Shown here: piece after piece, positions 23,095 to 34,692 of the stretch
How positions within the stretch are numbered: position 1 is the stretch's first letter
How the letters are laid out: each line of letters starts with the position of its first letter
DNA from: Octopus bimaculoides
Lineage: Eukaryota
Assembly: GCF_001194135.2 (NCBI RefSeq)
Contig: NC_068995.1
Span: forward strand, 6,672,673 to 6,707,364
DNA length: 34,692 bases
Direction: 5' to 3'
Translations under genes and position numbers: made by a program
Notes under the pieces: model-generated
Databases searched by the model: none
Seen by the model: only the letters and a program-made list of their open reading frames with translations
What the model was told of the DNA's origin: nothing

Positions 23095-23895
23095 GATGAC
23101 TGAAGCCTTCTAGACAGTATGGGGTCATTTAATCACTCACTGTGACTCATATCGTGCCACATTATCAATTGCGTGATTCACAGACTGCTGAGTCCGTTTT
23201 TATACAGATAGTGCTATTTTATCAGTATGACTCACAGGCAGCTAGGACTCCTAATACTCAAGCACAATGACTCGTAGACTTGTGTAACCCGTCTTATATA
23301 ATTTAGTGCTGTTTTATCGCTGGGACTCACAGGCAGCTAGAACTCCTAGTACTTAAATACGGTGACTCGTAGACTAGTGTGACTCTTCTTATACACAATA
23401 ATGCCATTTTATCACTATGGCTCACAGACAGCTGGAACTCCTACTGAGTCACTTTATCAATCACACTGACTCATAACCTAGCATAAACCTTTTTATACAG
23501 CATAGTGCTATTTTCTCACTGTGACTCACAGATATCTGGAACTCCTATTTCTCAATCAGTGTGACTCGTAGAGAAGTGCAACGCTTCATACTCACAATAG
23601 TGCCATTGTATTACTGTGGATGAAAGACAGCTGGAACTCTGTTGCGCCACTTTATCAATCATGGTGACTCATAACTTAATGTAAAACCTTATACGGAGTG
23701 GTGCTATTTTATTACTGTGACTCACAGACAGCTTGCGCTCCTACTGCGCCTTTATATCAATCACGGTGACTCATTAGACAAGTGAAACCGTTCTTATTTT
23801 ATAATGTACCATTTTATGACAGTGACTCAAAGACAAATATAACCCCTGTAATGGTGAATAGTAACCATTATGTCAATCGGATTGTGACTCAGATA
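23095..23895 (+). repeat. Diverged tandem array, unit about 95-105 bp, about 7-8 copies, AP-1 motif rich
   Basis: Units anchored on TAGTGCTATTTTATCA...GTGACTCACAGACAGCTGGAACTCC start at about 23209, 23304, 23399, 23503, 23598, 23699 and 23803. Confidence 0.9.
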
Positions 23896-24145
23896 ACAAT
23901 AACCACCAGTGCGTTGCCATTGTGAAAATGATTTTCATTTTATTGCCGACAACGAAGCGTTTCATGCGAAATAGATAAGAGAACAAATAGATTTATATCT
24001 AAAGCCTGCGTTTTACGTTCTGACGCATGCGCGCGCGCCTCTATGTATCAATGTACATAGATGTGTATGTGTATATATATATATATGTACATGCATGCAC
24101 ATGTATCATTATGTATGTATGTATGTGAGTGTATAAATAAATAGT

Positions 24146-24196
<51 letters not shown>

Positions 24197-24213
24197 CCAA
24201 GCATACATATATA

Positions 24214-24249
<36 letters not shown>

Positions 24250-25245
24250 ACACATANNNNNNNNNNNNNNNNNNNNNNNNNNNNNNNNNNNNNNNNNNNN
24301 NNNNNNNNNNNNNNNNNNNNNNNNNNNNNNNNNNNNNNNNNNNNNNNNNNNNNNNNNNNNNNNNNNNNNNNNNNNNNNNNNNNNNNNNNNNNNNNNNNNN
24401 NNNNNNNNNNNNNNNNNNNNNNNNNNNNNNNNNNNNNNNNNNNNNNNNNNNNNNNNNNNNNNNNNNNNNNNNNNNNNNNNNNNNNNNNNNNNNNNNNNNN
24501 NNNNNNNNNNNNNNNNNNNNNNNNNNNNNNNNNNNNNNNNNNNNNNNNNNNNNNNNNNNNNNNNNNNNNNNNNNNNNNNNNNNNNNNNNNNNNNNNNNNN
24601 NNNNNNNNNNNNNNNNNNNNNNNNNNNNNNNNNNNNNNNNNNNNNNNNNAAAGACACACATATATATCTGAAATTCTTTATATTATATCTATTTTTAATA
24701 TTCGTGCGATAGGTGAGCAGAATGGCGGAGTGACGAGTGAATGTAAAAAGATAGAAAACATCAAACCTTTGTTATTTTCTTAAAAGGAATCAAATGTTCC
24801 TTTTTTTCTTCTATGTTTGCATGTTTTATATTTTTTATTTTCATTTTCCTTTTTTTATATTTTAATGGTCTTTGTGTTTCTTTTTCTCCATTTCCAATAA
24901 AATATGAAACGCCATGCAATATTTTAAATGTGATACATTTAGTGTTGTTATTAGAGGTCGGTGTGCTAAAGAGGGGTGACAGGGGGAGATAATAAGGGCA
25001 AACTATTCCATTCACTCAGAGACATGTATGCATGTTTGCGTGTTGCCGCTTATGTGTCAGTCTGTGAGTGTTCGTGTAAGTGCGCGCGCGCGCGTGTGCG
25101 TGTGTGAGCGTGTGTGTGTGTTTTGTGTCAGTGTGTCCATGAATAACGAAATGTTCCGAGTAATCCATTTAGATTTTGATTTTGGTTGGGTTGTGAAAGA
25201 TATTGTCTACATACTGGCATATGTGTGGTGTGTATGAATACTGAA

Positions 25246-25246
<1 letters not shown>

Positions 25247-25336
<90 letters not shown>
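25247..25336. repeat. (TG)n microsatellite
   Basis: Read directly from the sequence. Confidence 0.95.
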
Positions 25337-25341
<5 letters not shown>

Positions 25342-25471
25342 ATGTGTATGTGTGCAAGTGTTCATATATGTGTATATATAATTAAATGTACGCATTTTAT
25401 TTTAAAAACATTTTCGTGTACTTTTGTTTTCTCTTTGAACTTCGTATATACGTACACACACACACACATAC

Positions 25472-25522
<51 letters not shown>

Positions 25523-26089
25523 CGTATATGTGTGTGTGTGTGTATGCATGTATCTATGTATGTGGTGTGTGTATGTACAACTAACGTCAAACAGATCGGA
25601 CTGGAGGATAGATATTAGACAACATACGGTTTTTACGATATATATTATATTATAGAATGATAGATTTATATATAGAGAGACAGACGGACAGACATAAAGA
25701 TAGATAGATAGATAAATAGATAGATAGATAGATAGATAATATACGGCATTATGTATGATATAATGTGCAGTACATGGCTTTATAAATTATATCTGATATA
25801 TGATATTATATACAGTTGATGTTATATTTTGTACTAGGACACTTAAAAAGGCAAAATGGATTATATGGAAGTATTATTTCATATGGTCTCTGAATCATAA
25901 GAAAACGTCCTTTCGAAATAATAATATCAAAAAAATCATAAACCCTGAAACGGTTCTCTCCCCTTAAAGGGAACTTTTACTCTTCTATTTCTCTATCTCT
26001 CTCCCTTTCTCACTTCGAAAGCGACTGTAGGTGGCAGTACCAACGGTCCCTAGTCAAATTTTCTACGTTTGTATAAGTTGTGATTTTAA

Positions 26090-26390
26090 ATTCGATCCGA
26101 ACATCTGCAACACATAGTCGACCTCTGCTTGATTTGAACACTTGAATGTACGGGTGACCAACAAAGTAGTGAAAAGTATTTTTCTGACATTCTACCGATT
26201 ATATAAATGTCTCGTAACTGAAGCATAAAGTAAGTTATTTCATCTACTCCAAAACTTGTGTAGTATTTATCTTACCACCCCAGTTTTGTAAAAAGACAAA
26301 GCTATCTCTGTGGGATTTGAACGGAAAGTATAAAGGTTCCAACTAAATACTACAAGGCATTTAAGCAGATGCTTCGCCAACTCTGCGAGG
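26090..26390 (-). mobile_element. Two highly degenerate SINE family A remnants (about 26090-26200 and 26265-26390)
   Basis: GTCGACCTCTGCTTGATTTGAACAC and AAAGACAAAGCTATCTCTGTGGGATTTGAAC...GCCAACTCTGC match the reverse complement of the family A core. Confidence 0.45.
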
Positions 26391-26802
26391 TAAATAAACC
26401 TTAAATATGGCGGCCAACCAGTAGTCGAAGTTATGACTGCCTAGTTTGTATCAACTTTACAGAGGTGAACATAAAGTAACAGAAAATAAAAAATACAAAA
26501 TGATATTTTCACATAGCAAATGTTTTCAGATAATAGTTTTACTGTAAAAATATTAGTGTATATTTTCACAAGATGAGATTTACACACAAAAGAAGAAGAA
26601 AAGACAGAGAATCACATGTTACAGAAAAGTTTTCATGTAAAAAATGTTTTTGCGAAAAAACAAAAAAAAATGCTTTCATTTAAAAAACGTTTCACTGAAT
26701 AAAATTTCTGTGCACATTGTAACCAAAAGAGGTTTTTACGCATAATGAAAATCATACACACACACACACAGAGGCATACATTCATACATATATACATATA
26801 CA

Positions 26803-26826
26803 CAGAGATAGATAGATAGATAGATC

Positions 26827-26881
<55 letters not shown>
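26803..26881. repeat. (GATA)n microsatellite
   Basis: Read directly from the sequence. Confidence 0.95.
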
Positions 26882-26882
<1 letters not shown>

Positions 26883-27065
26883 TTTATATACGTGAGCATG
26901 TGTGTGTGTATCTCCGAAGATATCCAGAACAAAGGAATCTAATTCCGAAAAATTGAAATACAAGGTAAAAACATACACTCGTATTGTTTAGCCTTTAAAA
27001 AAAATAAAATATCCATCTCTATTATACGATGTTACATGCGAGCTATATCACTCTTATATATATAT

Positions 27066-27180
27066 ATGGTTTGGTTGTTAAGGTGTTGCACTCACGATTA
27101 CGAGATCATGGTTTCGATTCCCAGACCGTTGCGGTTGTGTTCTTGAGAAAAACACCTCATTTCACGTTGGTCTGTGATCA
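27066..27180 (+). mobile_element. tRNA-derived SINE head, family C
   Basis: TGGTTTGGTTGTTAAGGTGTTGCACTCACGATTACGAGATCATGGTTTCGATTCCCAGACC has an A-box-like segment and B-box GGTTTCGATTCC, followed by GTGTTCTTGAGAAAAACACC. Confidence 0.6.
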
Positions 27181-27793
27181 TTTCTTTAGTCCTTGCATGG
27201 TGATCGCCATAAGCTTTAAGTCTATATAAAAATACCATACATACATACATACATACATATGTACATACATACATACATATAGTGAAGGGTCATATAAGCC
27301 CCTTGCTCGGTGATCGCCATACGATTTAAGCTTATATAGAAATACCATTATTATTATTTACAGCATTGTAAAATACGGCACCGTTCAAAAAAACATTCGT
27401 ACCGAAACATATATATATATATATATATATATANNNNNNNNNNNNNNNNNNNNNNNNNNNNNNNNNNNNNNNNNNNNNNNNNNNNNNNNNNNNNNNNNNN
27501 NNNNNNNNNNNNNNNNNNNNNNNNNNNNNNNNNNNNNNNNNNNNNNNNNNNNNNNNNNNNNNNNNNNNNNNNNNNNNNNNNNNNNNNNNNNNNNNNNNNN
27601 NNNNNNNNNNNNNNNNNNNNNNNNNNNNNNNNNNNNNNNNNNNNNNNNNNNNNNNNNNNNNNNNNNNNNNNNNNNNNNNNNNNNNNNNNNNNNNNNNNNN
27701 NNNNNNNNNNNNNNNNNNNNNNNNNNNNNNNNNNNNNNNNNNNNNNNNNNNNNNNNNNNNNNNNNNNNNNNNNNNNNNNNNNNNNNNNNNNNN

Positions 27794-27856
<63 letters not shown>

Positions 27857-28327
27857 ATGTATGTATGTATGTATGTATGTATAGCATTGAACAACCAGAA
27901 ACATTGTCATTGGTTGTCTCCGCACGATTTTTCTCTGTGTATTCATCCAGTGATGAGGCTTTTACTTTCTGTACTTCAAGTTACTCAGACTTATACAATC
28001 ATATCTAGTTTTTAGTCCTACATCTCGCAGCTAACGTTCGCTGTTTTCTTTACTTTTTGTCTACATTAATCAGTCGTCTTATTAATTATTTACCATACTA
28101 GTTTATTCCTTGCCAGCAAGAACATATTTTGTAATTCATTTTTCATTTTTATTTTTTGATGATTTAATTATTTCTGCTTTTGTGACCCTATCCTTTTCAC
28201 ATCTGTTTCTGACATCAGTTTCTTTTTCATATTTGTTCGTTTCTTTAAAGACAGAAAATTTGCGCTTTCACTGTCCATTTCTCATCGTTAATTCTTTTAG
28301 TATCTCTTCATTCTTTTCAGCACTGAG

Positions 28328-28495
28328 ACAGCAACCAGGCAGAATTGAATCATTAGCACATCGAGCGATATGTCTGACGGCACTTCCTCTGGTTTCTTGT
28401 GTGCTGAACTCAAATGCCGCTGAAGTCAGCTTGTCTTTTCTTCCTTACGGAATTGATATAATACAGTATGTGCGTCGCTGTAATCGACTACCCCC
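28328..28495 (+). mobile_element. Diverged SINE family A
   Basis: GCAGAATTGAATCATTAGCACATCG head, CTGAACTCAAATGCCGCTGAAGTCAGCTT, and TGTAATCGACTA. Confidence 0.65.
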
Positions 28496-28570
28496 ACCAC
28501 CAACACCACCACCACCAACAACAACAACAACCAAACTGCCATAATTTGAAACATTACTCTTCATTACATA

Positions 28571-28790
28571 AAGCGACAAGCTGGTAGAATCATTAGCACG
28601 CTGGAGCAAATGCTTAGCGGCATTTCTTCCTAATCTTTACGTTCTGAGTTCAAATTCCGCAGTTGGCAACTTTGCTTATCATCCTTTGAGGGCCCAATAA
28701 AGTAAGTATCAGCTAAGCACAGGGATCAATATAATAGACTTGCTCCATTTCCGCAAAATTTCAAGCCTTGTATCTTGAGTAGAAAGGGTT
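28571..28790 (+). mobile_element. SINE family A
   Basis: AAGCGACAAGCTGGTAGAATCATTAGCACGC, CTTTACGTTCTGAGTTCAAATTCCGC, and GCCTTGTATCTTGAGTAGAAAGG end. Confidence 0.85.
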
Positions 28791-29139
28791 TTTCTTCATT
28801 ACATACTTTTGTAAGCCATTTTATATTTTACTTTTTATTTTTTCATTTTAGTTTCAAAAACTCCTCTTTCTATTTCTTTGTCTTCCATGTAAACATAAAC
28901 ACATTACTTCCACTTCAGAATATTATAACTGTTAGTTTTACTGAAGCAGTTAAATTGGCATGAATCTCAGTTGGCTGTATTATTCTTGTATTTCCTTCAA
29001 TACATATATATATCATACCACCACTAACTTTTGTATGTAGTGTATTCTAGCTTATTCATTAATTTCTAAATATCTGTAAATGTACTGGGGCGGGTGGGGG
29101 TAGTTCATTCACTTGTCTATATTTCTTTATTTCAAATAA

Positions 29140-30600
29140 TATTAGCGATTCTTACGTATTAACTTATCAATTGGTTTGAAATTCTGTTTGGAAACTTTCG
29201 CGAAAGCAACTCTAAAGAACGCCGTATTAGTGAAGTTCATTAATGTTCTTTTCGTAACGGCTGACTTAACACATTTATCCAAATTGAATTTCAGGACAAT
29301 TTCCCTGGTGAATCAAGGTTTTTCCAGTTGTTTATCATCTACAATAAACATCTTTGGTGGATCTGTATACAAAAAGTGGTTTATTATCATCCCATAAGAC
29401 TTGTATATGTATCAAGCATGGTTTACCAAGTTGATTAAATGTATGAAAGGCGAGACATTGAAAATTTTTCGTTTCTTTTAAAAGGGATGAGATTAGTTTA
29501 TTAAAATTCCGACATTTTGTTTGGGTCTATAGACGTGTTTTCCATCTCCTTATTGTGTATTTGATGTAACCTACATCTTATTGGTGCTACCTTGCTAATG
29601 GATAAAGTTTATAGAATCTACGAGTGGAGAACACTGTCAGAATCTATTTGCAAATCAATCTATGACATGTTTATACTCTTCCTGCTCCTCCCATAGTTTT
29701 CTAATATCAGTTATTGATCCTTACATCAATATGAGATTTGCGAAATCCCTCTGTGTTTCTTAAAGTCTCGTGTTTTATTCGCCAGAGCAGGGTTTATCCT
29801 TTGATACAACATTGTTGTTAAGACTTTGTATATTGTAAGCAGCTAAGTTATGGCTCTGATATTTCGTGACTCGTGGGGCGTATAGTTCAAGGATAATTCA
29901 ACATTTGTTCAATAGTTCAATATTTGTGCAAGTAAATACGGTTACCTGCAAGATACTCTAAGCAGAAATTTGGAATTTCTAATTGTTGAAGTCTTGCAGT
30001 ATCTGCGCCACTTCTCAACAAATTTCTTTCCATCATTGTTCAAATACAACGTTATTTAGAACATTTACGTCAATATATCTCCTACTTCTTTCCTAGTGAT
30101 TCCCTATAGGGACCGGCTTTTGCTTTCTCTTCTTGATAAATATTTTTATTCCCCGAACTATTGTCTCTTTTTTCTGACGATGTATTCTTTACGATTTAGC
30201 GAGGATCTCTTGTTCAAAGCGTTCTTTACTTTCCTTTCGTTTTGATTTGTTGCCCTTCCATTCGTATTTTCTCTCTTTTTTGCCTATCTTGTCTATCTTT
30301 ATTTGTCGTTGACGTCATTTGCATCAGCTTAGATGATCCGATATGAATGGTTTTCAGGAAGTCCCAATTCTTCATTCTAACTACCAAGTCTGTCGTATGT
30401 ATTATTTGATTTATTCTGATAATGTGATATTCATGTTTACATCTGCTTCCTGCACGTCTAAGATTTGTACGATTGTTGCTGTTCTATTCGAACGGAGGAA
30501 CATATGTCGATCTGCTGCAAGATCTTCTATAGATTTTAATTCTTTAATTCCAGCTTCACATTATCACAAAATTCAAAACGCCCATCTTTACAATGTCCTG
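29140..30600 (-). pseudogene. Decayed R4/Dong-like non-LTR retrotransposon reverse transcriptase region
   Basis: Minus-strand RT blocks appear in the correct order with stops and frameshifts: EQ*WKEI, IPNFCLEYL, NIRAIT*LLTIYKVLTTML (cf. NYRPITCLPTMYK), SY*CKDQ*L, INMS*IDLQIDSDSVLHS*IL (cf. WIDY.KAFDSVPH.WI), RRWKTRL, INHFLYTDPPKMF..DDKQLE (cf. HLLYMDDLKL), LKFNLDKC. Confidence 0.85.
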
Positions 30601-30627
30601 CATTAGATATTACAGTATCCCATTATT

Positions 30628-30700
30628 AAATATTGGTTTCAAATTGTGGCACAAGACCAGTAATTTCAAGGTTAGGTAATGATTTCAGCCTAATTCGATC
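30628..30700 (-). mobile_element. 3' tail fragment of SINE family A
   Basis: TATTGGTTTCAAATTGTGGCACAAGACCAGTAATTTC matches 836-870 (TATTGGTTCTAGATTTTGGCACAAGGCCAGCAATTTC). Confidence 0.75.
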
Positions 30701-30844
30701 TCGTTAGCTTCGGTTGTGTTATTGGGGTGTTGAGCTTCTGTCCCGACCACAGACCATACGGCGGGTGACGGCTGTCCGCCTGATGAAGACCAGGTTCGGA
30801 ACTGCGGGCGAGTCCAGTCCGAGCCCGCCCACAGCCCAGCAGTG

Positions 30845-31162
30845 GTATTGATGGTGAATCGTGAACATAAACTCGACAGCATCGTCGAAAAGGATAATGC
30901 AAAAATCCTGTGGGATTTTATGATTCAGCACGACCACATGATAGAGAATAGGAAACCAGACAGTCTTAATTGAGAAAGAAAACAAACGATGCAGGATCAT
31001 AGATACACCATGCCTAGCTGACGACAAGGTATGCGATAAGGAAGAAAGAAAAGTCGATAGACATAACAGGTTAGCTTGAGAGGTTAAGCAGTTGTCGGAG
31101 CCCTGGAAACAGTGAGTAAAAATCTTGGAGAAGTACATGGTACACATAGGGGCTGCAACTAT
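30845..31162 (+). pseudogene. Decayed restriction-like endonuclease (REL) domain of an R4/Dong-like element
   Basis: Reads EHKLDSIVEKDNAKILWDFMIQHDHMIENRKPD, then after a frameshift VLIEKENKRCRIIDTPCLADDKVCDKEERKVDRHNRLA*EVKQL, then GALETVSKNL, then after a frameshift EKYMVHIGAA. It carries the KPD..ID..C..D...KE..K..Y/H REL motif, and its last ~45 nt overlap the 9529-9738 fragment in sequence. Confidence 0.9.
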
Positions 31163-31974
31163 CGCGGGGGATTTTGGAACGTAACACCCGTGATAATCGA
31201 AGGATTACTGTATGTGCATATATGTATGTATTTATGTATCTATGCATGTATATATGTATATGTGTGTATGTATTTATATGTATTTATGCATTTATGTATT
31301 TATGTATGTGTCTATGTATGGTTTATGTATGTATGTACGAATGCGTGTGTTAATGTATATATGTATGTATTAGATTTAAACCCGGGTGAAAACTGAAACC
31401 GGCTCCTGATGAGAATTCAGTTCCTATAGAATGATGATTGATTTATTAGCACTTCTGACATCAAATTTCTACGCCGAACTTTAAGCGATATTGTACAACT
31501 TTAATAATCACCTTCTTAAACTGGCCTGCAATAACACAATGGCCCTCTATCACCTTCTTTCAATGTTCATTGGCGGAATGTCCTTATTTGGCGTATGTAT
31601 GTGTGCATATATATGTGAGTGTGTGCGTGTTCGTATATATATATACATATGTATGTGTATGTGTGTATATGTGATGTATTATGTTTTAGTTGTTGTCTTA
31701 TGTTACTATTCCATTTCTCTATTGACAAGTTATCTCATGCTCGTGCTAAATACGATAAAACAGTAATCTATGCTCGATATTGCACATCTGTTAATGACAG
31801 GAATAATGATTTGGTTATATGGATGACTTCTTTTTACTTTTCTCGTTTTTTTATCTTTTTGTTTTTGTTGCTGCCATTTGTTTTGTTTTGTTTGTTCTTG
31901 TTTTTTTTTACAACAGAACACATAGTTTCTTTTCATTTCGCTATCTTTCACACCATTCTGCTGACATCTACGCC

Positions 31975-32280
31975 TAATTAACTATCAATTTGAAATTATC
32001 CAGCTCTCGTATTATTTCTTCTCTATCGAATTGCAAATCATCCATTCGACTTGTTAGTCCATCATCTCGATGTATTGTCAGCTTTCTACATAACTCAAGG
32101 CCAAATGAGATTTTGATGTTTTCACTAAATTGGTTGACAAAGCTGAAGAAATGTTCAAGCAACACACCATTTCGTTATTACACTATCCACAATCACGTTA
32201 TCTACCAAAACAAAATGGCATATAAACGAGGTCTTCGTTCGACTTCTCTGTTCCAACAAATTGGCTGTTTGCTTTTGCCA
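31975..32280 (-). pseudogene. Further R4/Dong-like RT fragment (domains 5-7)
   Basis: ORF 31974-32165 reads FVNQFSENIKISFGLELCRKLTIHR..DLQFDREEIIREL (cf. FS.DI.M.FGLDKC.K), with ICHFVLVDNV upstream (cf. ISHLLYMDDL). Confidence 0.7.
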
Positions 32281-32611
32281 ACTAACTCTAAGTTAGACCA
32301 GCAGATCAGAAACCCTAATTATTAGAAATATCCCTGAAGATATTTTAACGAGATTGGAATTAACAACATTAGTGTTATTGGAGTTTGTAATAAACGTCTG
32401 CCACAATCTAATTGTTAATTTAGTGACATCAAATTTATGAACTTTCAGGAATTTTAATGAGTTTTAGTGGAAAGAAACAAATGCATTTATTTTTATTATC
32501 ACTCCAACTAAATTACAGGTGTCTTTTGTTTTTTTTGTATTATTTCAAAATGTTACACAATCTAAAACTGATGAAATGTTTGGAGTGCGGATGGACAAAT
32601 CTGGTTCAATT

Positions 32612-32765
32612 CGTGACGGAGACAGAGTCGCCAGAGCATCAAAGAGAACGAATAGCGATTTTTTGTCCCGCTGCTTTGCACTCATAGTTCAAATACTACC
32701 AACTCCAACTTTCTTTCTCGTCCCTTAGGGGGTCGATAAATAAAGTACCATTCAAGTACTGTAAA
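32612..32765 (+). mobile_element. Diverged SINE family A
   Basis: ATAGTTCAAATACTACC B-box region and TCCCTTAGGGGGTCGATAAATAAAGTACCA core. Confidence 0.7.
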
Positions 32766-32774
32766 GTTTCCACT

Positions 32775-33321
<547 letters not shown>

Positions 33322-34349
33322 AGAACCAGCTAAGTAAATAGCCCAACAAAGAAACGTTCCCTCACTACCACCATCTTGTTTAATAATAAATCATGTAAAT
33401 TTAGAATGATAACAATCGGTACGTCTTGCTAGACGTGGATGCGACTTTCTATTAGTATAACCACGTTAAGTAAAGTATACAGATTGTTTTTCGGTACTAA
33501 CACTTCTGTCGATAATACCGAAGTAATAATAGCATTTAATAAGGACGTATAAAATAGAATAGCATATAATTGTATTGTGGCTATAAATTGACAGAAAGAT
33601 CCTTCTGTTTCCTAAATTAATAGAGTGAACATATCCTGGAAGGAGCTTCACTCCAACTTAATTATTTCACGATAAAATAAATTAAGTCAATAAACAACAT
33701 TTGTTGGTCGTAAGACCGGAGTGGGGCGGGGTGGAACGATTGTAATTTTATTGTCAAAACTGGGAACGGTACGCAGGAAAGGAACAGTATGCAGGAAAGG
33801 ACCATATTACTAGAACATACATGTGACCTCACGTATAACAACATATCTAACTCTGACAGCTACTCTTGATCATGTGTTGAGTATTTTTTCTTTCGAAGAA
33901 TTTGTGTTTGTATGTGTTTGTGTGTGTGTGTCAGTGATTTTGTCTGTCAGTATGTGTTTGTATGTTCTTGTGTATGTTTACGTGTGTATGTGTTTATGTG
34001 TGAATAGTGCAATAGAAAAGAGATTCCATACATTTTTATTTATCAGACTTAAGCGTAAAACCGATTCATGTTAATATCTTGCTAATCCTTCCTTATTTGG
34101 AATGACGCGGTTGTGACGTTGTTGTGACGTAATTGTAGCAACTACTGTTGGTATTTTACAAACAAACACCATTTAAGGAGACACAAAAGTGTACTTTTGC
34201 ATTAAAAAAATTCATCAATATATACTGGCAATAGAAATATCAAAGAGGACGCCTCTACGTATTTCATATGACTTGCTAGAAATAGAAGCTAAATGTTGCT
34301 CGAAGATTAACTACTGTACTGCCATAAAGAATCATTTTGTTACAATTTA

Positions 34350-34670
34350 GCCCCAGGTCTAACTTGATCGAGTTGGTGTATTATCAAATACTTGCAGTTC
34401 TGACCATTCCATCGCTATTTTCTTCAGGCGTTATATCTAGGACTAAGTTTAGCCAATGTGTCCCTTTTTACTTAAAATAGTGATCAAATAACATCGTTGA
34501 CTTAGCTGCTATATAGCCCAGGGCAAATCCTATTGAACGGACCTACGATCAAGGATGTTTGAGTTGTGGCCGTGACCATCCCATCTTATTACAGACAATC
34601 TAACAATGACTACATTATCCAATAAGAGCTGTTTCCCTTTTCTAAGACAACAGAGTATATTATTTGAGTG
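34350..34670 (+). mobile_element. Tandem dimer (period about 165 bp) of dispersed repeat family D
   Basis: CCCAGG at 34352 and 34517; TGACCATTCCATC vs TGACCATCCCATC; GACTAAGTTTAGCCAAT vs GACTACATTATCCAAT; homologous to 4995-5055 (-). Confidence 0.6.
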
Positions 34671-34692
34671 AGAATTATATATATATATATAT

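Noticed and set aside
23095-23895. CRISPR-like or coding interpretation of the tandem array
   Set aside because: Whole units are homologous with no unique spacers, the context is eukaryotic with no cas genes, and the unit lengths break the reading frame.
30343-30606. Plus-strand ORF MNGFQEVPIL...
   Set aside because: It is antisense to the decayed R4-like element and has no independent coding evidence.
31381-31425. GAAACCGGCTC followed by CTGATGAG (hammerhead half-motifs in type II order)
   Set aside because: There is no room for stems I and III between them, and no stem II pairing.

Overview
AT-rich, microsatellite-saturated eukaryotic DNA with eight N gaps (about 5689-5903, 7605-7864, 11421-11444, 12534-12863, 16401-17123, 22320-22544, 24257-24649, 27434-27793). 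The repeat landscape (several tRNA-derived SINE families plus dense TA/TG/GATA/ATT/CT repeats) most resembles octopus genomes; this is inferred from recalled SINE sequences, not from a search. I can support no intact protein-coding gene, and almost all ORFs in the track are translations of microsatellites or N gaps. What is supported: about 20 SINE copies from 3-4 families; four decayed fragments of R4/Dong-type (RT + restriction-like endonuclease) non-LTR retrotransposons, one sitting inside a (TAA)n tract; two hammerhead-ribozyme-like motifs on the minus strand (21198-21258 and 6129-6172); a ~95-105 bp tandem array with 10 perfect AP-1 sites (23095-23895); an inverted SINE pair forming a ~68 bp hairpin; and a probable assembly duplication at 11215-11650. 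The window is probably intronic or intergenic. None of these is demonstrably a new system; the ribozyme motifs and the AP-1 array are the best leads.
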